Below are positions 7,524 to 13,035 of a stretch of 13,035 bases of DNA, one piece after another. The stretch covers positions 1-13,035 of the forward strand of contig JAVJSW010000036.1 in NCBI GenBank assembly GCA_040219255.1, read 5' to 3'. The notes beneath the pieces were generated by a model. It ran no database searches. It was not told where the DNA came from and was given only the letters and a program-made list of their open reading frames with translations. This DNA comes from Sumerlaeia bacterium. GTDB lineage: Bacteria > Sumerlaeota > Sumerlaeia > SLMS01 > JAHLLQ01. Positions within the stretch are counted from its first letter, which is position 1; every line of letters begins with the position of its first letter. The position numbers and the translations under genes were made by a program.

Positions 7524-10500
7524 TGGTGTGGGCGGACCTCGGGGTTCTGGGGTTGGAATTTCTGAATAACGCTCAGCAGGTAGTCAACCTGCTGCGATTC
7601 GGTGAAGATGCCGTCCACCCCGTCCGAATGGAGGGAGGTGAAAGGGGCTTCGTAAAGCTCTTTCAGTTCGATCGCGCCGAAGCGGCGGATGTGGTTCTTC
7701 AGGAGGTCGAGAAACTGGATTTGACGGGCGGTGAGCATGGGGTAGCGCGTCACGAAGGCGACGAACTCGCGCTCCACTGCCTCGGCATCCAGGCCGATAA
7801 TGCGACGGATCAGGAAGTCGAGGGGCGTCGTCAGATTCCCATAAAACTCCTGGAGTAAGGCGAGGTGGACGTTGGAGTCCTGCACGAGGATGAGTTTCTG
7901 GAGCGCATCGAGATCGGCCTGAGTCACCGGTTCGCCGCGCTTGATCCTCTTGAGCGTCGGACTTGTCTTTTCCAGATCGCGTAGGATGCGCTCGACACGC
8001 TGGCGGTAGGCAGCCTGATCCAGAGACGACATGGTCTTGAGCGTATAGTACGTGGACTCCGTCTCTGCGACGACTTCCGGAACGTCTATGATCTTGGGCG
8101 GGAGGCCGGGAGGCTCCGTAGAGCGCTGGCGGTAACGCATGATACCACGGAGCTGGAGGCGAAGGTCCTCAAGATCAGCACATGTTGCCGTAGTCCAGAA
8201 CGGCGCGTCCGGTGTCTCGATCTTCTGGAGCCACTGTGCCTTGGCCTTCACCTGGGTTAGGTTACGAGGAAGTTGGAGGACCTGGTCGATCAGATCGTCG
8301 CGGAGATTGGTAAAGCTTGCGCTTTGACGCATCAGTTCAAGTTGCATGCGGGCGATGAGCAGGTCGAAGCGATAGGCATCAGCGTCGCTACCGATGTCGC
8401 GCCACTGCATGAGCCGGGCGATCTCGCTGCGGAGGACTCCCTTGGTCTGGGGATCGAACTGACGCAGGACGTCGGGGTTCCGAGTCACGAGTACGTGGCG
8501 CCAGCGTTCGCGCACGGGGACCGAGTGCTCGGGGAGATCCTGGATGTCTTTTTGAAGAAGATCGATGGCGATACCGAAGAAAGTCTCGTCGAACTTCTGA
8601 AGGGCCATCTCGGCAAGGTCGATGCGTGCCTCAAAGAGCTGCTCCAATACTGCCTTAGGCCGGACGTCGGGGCGTTCCTTGTAGTTGGTGACGTCGAAGC
8701 GTTCAAAATTTCCCCAGTGATCGAAGATGAGGAAGTCCTTCTTGTGGTTCCCTGGCCCGAAGAGATTGTGGCACAGGCGTGTGCCTCGACCGATCATCTG
8801 CCAAAATTTCACGAGCGAGAACACTGGTTTGGCGAAGACGAGGTTTACGACCTCCGGCACGTCGATGCCGGTGTCCAGCATGTCGACTGAGATTGCGATA
8901 GTCAGGTTCTTGGTCGAATCCTTGAACTCGTCGATGAGGGTTTCGGCTCGGGGGTCGTAGGTGTCGATCACCCGGCAGAAAGTGCCGCCATACTGGGGAT
9001 ATAGTTCGTGGAAGAGACTCTCCAGAAGGATGGCGTGCTGGTGATTGCGAGCGAAAATGATGGTCTTGCCCGGGCGGGAGCCGGATGCGTCACGGATTCC
9101 GCTCTCCATCAGGTTGCGGATGACCTGGCGATTCGTATCCTTGTTGAAGACTGCTCGGTCGAGGTCTCCTGGGGCGAAGTTGTAGAGCTGGGCCTGATCG
9201 TCCTGATCGAGAAGAATCTCCTGCTGCTCGGGCGTAAGCTGAGCCCAACGGATGCCTGATCGCAACAAACCGGTCGTGTGGATCTTGGGAACGAACGGGA
9301 CGAGATTTCCCTCTTCGATAGCCTTTTCTAAGCTGTAGGAAAAGGTCGGATCGAGAGGTGGCCTATCGAAGAGCCGATAAGTGTCGCGGTGTACCATCTG
9401 GACAGGCGTTGCAGTAAGTCCTATTTGGATGGCATCGAAGTAGGTCAGGATGTTTCTGTAACGATTGTAGATGCTCCGGTGGCTCTCGTCGGCGATAATG
9501 AGGTCGAAGAAGCCGGGATCGAACGATTCATAGGCCTTGAGCATCGCCGGGTAGGTAGCCAGGTAGATGCGTGAGTTCCTATCCTCAGAAGTCTTTGCTG
9601 TAACGAAGGTACGAGGCTCTCCTGGCAGGAACTCCTTGAAGGCATTGTGCGCCTGCTTGCGCAGTTCCAACCGGTCGCAGAGGAAGAGTATCCTGACGGC
9701 GTGCCCGGCTCGGTTCAGGAGGTCACACAACGCCACAGCCACACGGGTCTTGCCGGTTCCCGTTGCCATGACAATCAAGCCCCGGCGTTTGCGTGCCGTT
9801 AGGTCGTCGGTGACGCGCTTGATAGCTTCGATCTGATAAAGCCGATCGATGATCCTCGGGTCGTGGGAAACTTGGTCGAGAGGCTTGGCGTGGCGGCGAG
9901 CGATGAGACTCTTTAGACTATCCGGCGCGTAGAATCCGAAGAGTCGGCGAGGAGTATCGCCCGCCGCATCGTTCCAGATCCAGATCTCGTATCCATTAGT
10001 GTAAAAGATGACAGGGCGAAAGCCGCCGTATTGCTTCTCCAGCGCATCCGCGTAGAGCTTTGCCTGCTGACGTCCCTTGGATGGCTCCTCGCTAGTTTTC
10101 TTTGCCTCGACCACGGCAAGGGGTTTGCCGTTCTCTGCATAAAGGACGTAGTCGCACTTGCCTTGCCCTGAGTTCGTAGGCTGCCCGTCGACCTCTATCT
10201 CTTGTCCGACTTCCTCCGTGCTAGAGCCATCAAGCCCGACGTGCCACCCAGCATCGAGCAAGAGCCGATCAATAAGCTGCTTCCGCGTCGTAGCCTCATT
10301 GAACTTCAACTCGTCCAAGTGGGCGGCACCCTGCTGCTGGAGGGCACGCAGCTCGGTTTCAGACTTGGCAGCAACTTCTGCTTCGGCCCGCGTCCGTTTC
10401 AGTTCGTCGAGGAGGCGAAGCGTTTCGGCTTCTTTCGTCTCTAGCTCACGCTGGAGCTTTTCGCGCTCCCGCTCCTGTTCTTGGGCATCGAGCTTTGCAA

Positions 10501-10933
10501 AGCCACTCGCAGCGGGAGGACGAAAGGGACTGATGTCGGACCGTTGACCTTGATCGTAAGACAAATGGAGCCATTCGGCAAGCTTGCGCGTTTCCTGTAG
10601 GAGGTTCAGGGCGTCGGCGGTAGTGACTGGTTTGCCGTGGGCGCCACGATTCCCAAAGCGTCTGATGAGGTGCAGGAGGTCGAGAATCTGCTTGGGGACG
10701 CGAGACTCAAAGGCGGGATAGCGGAGCAAGTCGAGGAAGTTGAGTTCGATGCGGGCGGGAAAGCCCATCAGCTCATAGACGATCAGGGTGAGGCGTTCGC
10801 CAAAGAGACGGAGCTTGACCATCGCACTGGCAGGATCAGGATGCGCGTACCTCTCGGCATAGCCAGCCAGATCGGCAAGCTCAGGGCGGAGGGTTCTCAG
10901 GAATTCAAAATTCTGCGAGGGCATCGAAAGCAT
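7520..10933 (-). CDS. hsdR: Type I restriction endonuclease/translocase subunit R with N-terminal DUF4145-like domain
   Basis: 1137 aa. Nuclease motif CDYVL...VVEAKK, Walker A MATGTGKT, DESH box IIADESHRS, GLTATP, MLDTGIDVP and QMIGRGTR. The C-terminus is EcoEI_R_C-like. An alternative start at ATG 10924 has AGGA 8 nt upstream. Confidence 0.97.
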   Translation of the reverse strand: MLSMPSQNFEFLRTLRPELADLAGYAERYAHPDPASAMVKLRLFGERLTLIVYELMGFPARIELNFLDLLRYPAFESRVPKQILDLLHLIRRFGNRGAHGKPVTTADALNLLQETRKLAEWLHLSYDQGQRSDISPFRPPAASGFAKLDAQEQEREREKLQRELETKEAETLRLLDELKRTRAEAEVAAKSETELRALQQQGAAHLDELKFNEATTRKQLIDRLLLDAGWHVGLDGSSTEEVGQEIEVDGQPTNSGQGKCDYVLYAENGKPLAVVEAKKTSEEPSKGRQQAKLYADALEKQYGGFRPVIFYTNGYEIWIWNDAAGDTPRRLFGFYAPDSLKSLIARRHAKPLDQVSHDPRIIDRLYQIEAIKRVTDDLTARKRRGLIVMATGTGKTRVAVALCDLLNRAGHAVRILFLCDRLELRKQAHNAFKEFLPGEPRTFVTAKTSEDRNSRIYLATYPAMLKAYESFDPGFFDLIIADESHRSIYNRYRNILTYFDAIQIGLTATPVQMVHRDTYRLFDRPPLDPTFSYSLEKAIEEGNLVPFVPKIHTTGLLRSGIRWAQLTPEQQEILLDQDDQAQLYNFAPGDLDRAVFNKDTNRQVIRNLMESGIRDASGSRPGKTIIFARNHQHAILLESLFHELYPQYGGTFCRVIDTYDPRAETLIDEFKDSTKNLTIAISVDMLDTGIDVPEVVNLVFAKPVFSLVKFWQMIGRGTRLCHNLFGPGNHKKDFLIFDHWGNFERFDVTNYKERPDVRPKAVLEQLFEARIDLAEMALQKFDETFFGIAIDLLQKDIQDLPEHSVPVRERWRHVLVTRNPDVLRQFDPQTKGVLRSEIARLMQWRDIGSDADAYRFDLLIARMQLELMRQSASFTNLRDDLIDQVLQLPRNLTQVKAKAQWLQKIETPDAPFWTTATCADLEDLRLQLRGIMRYRQRSTEPPGLPPKIIDVPEVVAETESTYYTLKTMSSLDQAAYRQRVERILRDLEKTSPTLKRIKRGEPVTQADLDALQKLILVQDSNVHLALLQEFYGNLTTPLDFLIRRIIGLDAEAVEREFVAFVTRYPMLTARQIQFLDLLKNHIRRFGAIELKELYEAPFTSLHSDGVDGIFTESQQVDYLLSVIQKFQPQNPEVRPHQ

Positions 10934-10969
10934 CCTATCGTGCCCCCTGTAGGTCGAGATTCATGCCAG

Positions 10970-12472
10970 TCAATCCTCCACCCCATAACGCTTCAACCAA
11001 TTCGTAAGTGTCTGATAGCTTGGAAGTCCGACCAGCTTTGCCGCCTGAGACTTGTTCCCATGGGTTTCATCCATGGCTCGCTCTAGGTAGTGCCGCGCGA
11101 CTTGATCGATCAAGTCGTTTAGATTCAAGCCTTCTCCGAGCGGTCGCCCCAAAACGTCTCCGCTCGCTTTTACAGGTCCGCTGAGGATGGCTTCCCGGAT
11201 GTCATCGACGGTGATCGTGGCTCCGAGGGACCAAACGATCGCCCTCTGGAGGATGTTGATCAGCTCGCGTACGTTTCCGGGATAGGAATGCTGAAGCAGA
11301 AGGTTCCTTGCGCCTGCGGAAAGTTTCTTATCCACATGACCCGGCTGACCCTTCGACTCCCGGTTGATCTGTTGAAGGTAATGATCGACCAGGAGAGAGA
11401 GATCGCGCCCTCGTTCCCGCAGTGCGGGAATCTTGAGAACCGCAACGGCGACGCGGTGGAACAGGTCCTCACGGAAACGACCTGCAAGCACGTCCTGGCT
11501 AAGGTCACGGTGTGTTGCGGCAATGAGGCGGAAATCGACCTTTTTGGGGCGACTGCTACCTACTTTAGTGACCTCATGCTCCTGAAGCACTCGGAGAAGA
11601 CGGACTTGGGCGTGAAGAGGAAGCTCGCCGATCTCATCGAGGAAGAGGGTCCCTCCGTGGGCTTCCTCGACGTGGCCTGTGCGTGGCTGAGTCGCTCCAG
11701 TGAATGCGCCCTTCTCATGGCCAAATAATTCGGAGTCGACCAATTCCTCCGGGATGGCTCCGCAGTTGACCGCGATGAACTTGCCGTTCTTTCGCGCGGA
11801 TGATTGGTGTATGGCCCGCGCGAAGAGTTCCTTCCCAGTCCCGGATTCGCCGAGGAGGAGGACAGGAAGTGTCCTTGAAGCCACACGCCGAGCCTTGAGA
11901 ACCACCTTCTTCATCGCCTCGCTGTTGTGGAGGATCGCGTCAAACTCCGGCGCCTTGGGAGCAAGACCCAAATTCAGAGTGATGAGGTCGATGTCAGCCT
12001 GCTGAAGTCGGGTCGCTGTGAACTCAGCGGAGAGTTCAAAAGGGAAGTCAACCTCCCGGACCCCATGCGTAGCAGACGACTCGATGAGCGTCGCTGGATA
12101 TGCAGTCTTGCCGACTAGCAGCCAGATGGACGCCATCGCAGGTGTCCCCGGCGAAAGGTGAAAGAAAAGATTAGGCCGCATCTTCTGGTCGCTGAGCACT
12201 GATCTGAGCGTGTCCTCGACAGCCGCGAAAATCTCTCGGTGCGCAGTTGGTGACGACAGGGTGCGGGGATGCAGAACAAGCTCGGCCTTCGACCTTGGCT
12301 TCAACCACTCAAGGTATCGCGCATTGTCCGGCTCTGGGTAGTTGCTGAGAAGATGCACGCTGCCAAAAGACCGCCAACGGACTGCCTGAGCGATAGGCCC
12401 AAGGTTCTGGCCGTCGTCAGCGGCGGCAGCGTTGAGGTCGGTTTTGCCTATCCATGCGAAGAGAGCGTCCAT
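10970..12472 (-). CDS. Sigma54-dependent transcriptional regulator (bEBP): probable RtcR/CARF-like sensor domain, AAA+ domain and Fis-type HTH
   Basis: 500 aa. Walker A GESGTGKE, AVNCGAI, ELFGHEKGAFTGA, Walker B LFLDEIGEL, FREDLFHR, YPGNVREL, and HTH GNKSQAAKLVGLPSYQTL. The N-terminus AWIGKTDL...GPI...VHLL...FHLSPGTPAMASIWLL resembles RtcR-type CARF domains and is not a receiver or PAS domain. Confidence 0.92.
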   Translation of the reverse strand: MDALFAWIGKTDLNAAAADDGQNLGPIAQAVRWRSFGSVHLLSNYPEPDNARYLEWLKPRSKAELVLHPRTLSSPTAHREIFAAVEDTLRSVLSDQKMRPNLFFHLSPGTPAMASIWLLVGKTAYPATLIESSATHGVREVDFPFELSAEFTATRLQQADIDLITLNLGLAPKAPEFDAILHNSEAMKKVVLKARRVASRTLPVLLLGESGTGKELFARAIHQSSARKNGKFIAVNCGAIPEELVDSELFGHEKGAFTGATQPRTGHVEEAHGGTLFLDEIGELPLHAQVRLLRVLQEHEVTKVGSSRPKKVDFRLIAATHRDLSQDVLAGRFREDLFHRVAVAVLKIPALRERGRDLSLLVDHYLQQINRESKGQPGHVDKKLSAGARNLLLQHSYPGNVRELINILQRAIVWSLGATITVDDIREAILSGPVKASGDVLGRPLGEGLNLNDLIDQVARHYLERAMDETHGNKSQAAKLVGLPSYQTLTNWLKRYGVED

Positions 12473-12477
12473 GGGTT

Positions 12478-12540
12478 CTAGATATAAGGTGACTTATGGG
12501 GGGCGCAAGGAGTCTTGTGGGAAATGTCAGAAGATTTGTG
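12478..12540 (-). promoter_or_regulatory. Three tandem degenerate palindromic operator-like sites with 21-bp period, overlapping the likely promoter of the regulator
   Basis: The minus strand reads CACAAATCTTCTGACATTTCC | CACAAGACTCCTTGCGCCCCC | CATAAGTCACCTTATATCTAG, with units starting at 12540, 12519 and 12498. The proximal unit has a perfect ATAAG-N4-CTTAT. TTGCGC (12508-12503) and TATATC (12486-12481) are -35/-10-like. Confidence 0.6.
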
Positions 12541-12730
12541 CCGCTAAGTCGTGGTTCAAGAAGATAATCGCGCCGATCTTGAGCGATCACAAATAACTGA
12601 AAATGGATGACTTGCGCTATTTTAGGCGCTTGCTTCTGCCGACCACTCGGTACACTTATGCCGGTGGTTTAGATTCTGCTCCTACATGAACAACAACGCG
12701 GCTTCCACTCACGCCCCGGCGTGCTAGTCC

Positions 12731-13035
12731 GTAAGCGTCAGTTGAGCCACGTTCCCGGCGGCCTTGCCATCGTCCGTGGCAGGGCGTAGCGTCTCCACGA
12801 GCCTCGAGCCCGCTTGGCCTGGGGAAGCACCGTTTCGCTCGCGTTGGTCTTTGCGGATGTTGACTGCTGTCGAATCCTCAGCCGATTTCGGCCGCATCCT
12901 CGGTTGCAGCCCGAGCCGCCATCCAGCGGTCCGGCAACCATTGAGCCAATTGGCTTTGCGGCGAGTCCGGCAGCTCTGTGAAGAGAGCCTGCAGGTAGCC
13001 CAGGGGGTTGGCGCCGGCCCGCGCGGCGCTCTCGA
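12731..13035 (-). mobile_element. IS66-family insertion sequence, downstream (right) end; continues beyond the window
   Basis: The terminal sequence GTAAGCGTCAGTTGAGCC begins at 12731, and IS66 inverted repeats start with GTAA. It lies about 150 bp after the stop of an IS66 TnpC-like C-terminus. Confidence 0.82.
12878..13035 (-). CDS. tnpC: IS66 family transposase TnpC, C-terminal fragment (partial, absent from the ORF track)
   Basis: Translation from 13033 gives ESAARAGANPLGYLQALFTELPDSPQSQLAQWLPDRWMAARAATEDAAEIG*. This matches the IS66 C-terminal pattern ET/SA...G..P..YL..vL..LP......l..lLP..W. Confidence 0.85.
   Translation of the reverse strand, partial: ESAARAGANPLGYLQALFTELPDSPQSQLAQWLPDRWMAARAATEDAAEIG

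Noticed and set aside
10930-10947. GGGGGCACGATAGGATGC as a sigma54 promoter at the hsdR start
   Set aside because: The GG-to-GC spacing is 11 nt rather than the required 10, and it overlaps the start codon.
12478-12540. The 21-bp periodic units as a CRISPR or guide array for the pAgo
   Set aside because: The units are degenerate, abut with no spacers, number only three, and overlap a promoter. They fit operator sites better. No CRISPR array, tRNA or rRNA was seen in the window.
12641-12670. Hairpin GACCACTCGGTA-CACTTA-TGCCGGTGGTT as an intrinsic terminator
   Set aside because: The stem is bulged, has no proper U-tract on either strand, and no gene ends immediately before it. Its role cannot be supported.
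12686-12727. 13-codon plus-strand ORF MNNNAASTHAPAC
   Set aside because: It has no SD, is very short, and lies too close to the putative -12 element to be on that transcript.
12738-12941. 67-aa minus-strand ORF (MVAGPLDGG...)
   Set aside because: It is out of frame with, and overlaps, the IS66 tnpC C-terminus and the IS end, and has no protein-like features.

Overview
This is an anti-phage defence island. Seven closely packed, co-oriented minus-strand genes span 156-12472. In transcription order they encode: a sigma54-type enhancer-binding protein (AAA+ domain with GAFTGA, C-terminal HTH, probable RtcR/CARF-like N-terminus); a complete Type I restriction-modification system (hsdR-hsdM-hsdS, joined by 4-nt overlaps); an uncharacterised 575-aa protein with a C-terminal HEPN-like RxxxxxH motif; a DUF4365/DREN nuclease-APAZ protein; and a catalytically inactive short prokaryotic Argonaute. 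The last two form a SPARDA-type system. An IS66-family element (terminal GTAAGCG plus the tnpC C-terminus) ends about 260 bp upstream of the regulator. Three degenerate palindromes with an exact 21-bp period lie directly in front of the regulator. A nested hairpin covers the ribosome-binding site of a further gene that starts at the left edge. The most notable feature is the apparent single operon linking a sensor-regulator, Type I RM, a putative HEPN RNase and SPARDA. All family assignments come from motif recognition by eye, not from database searches.
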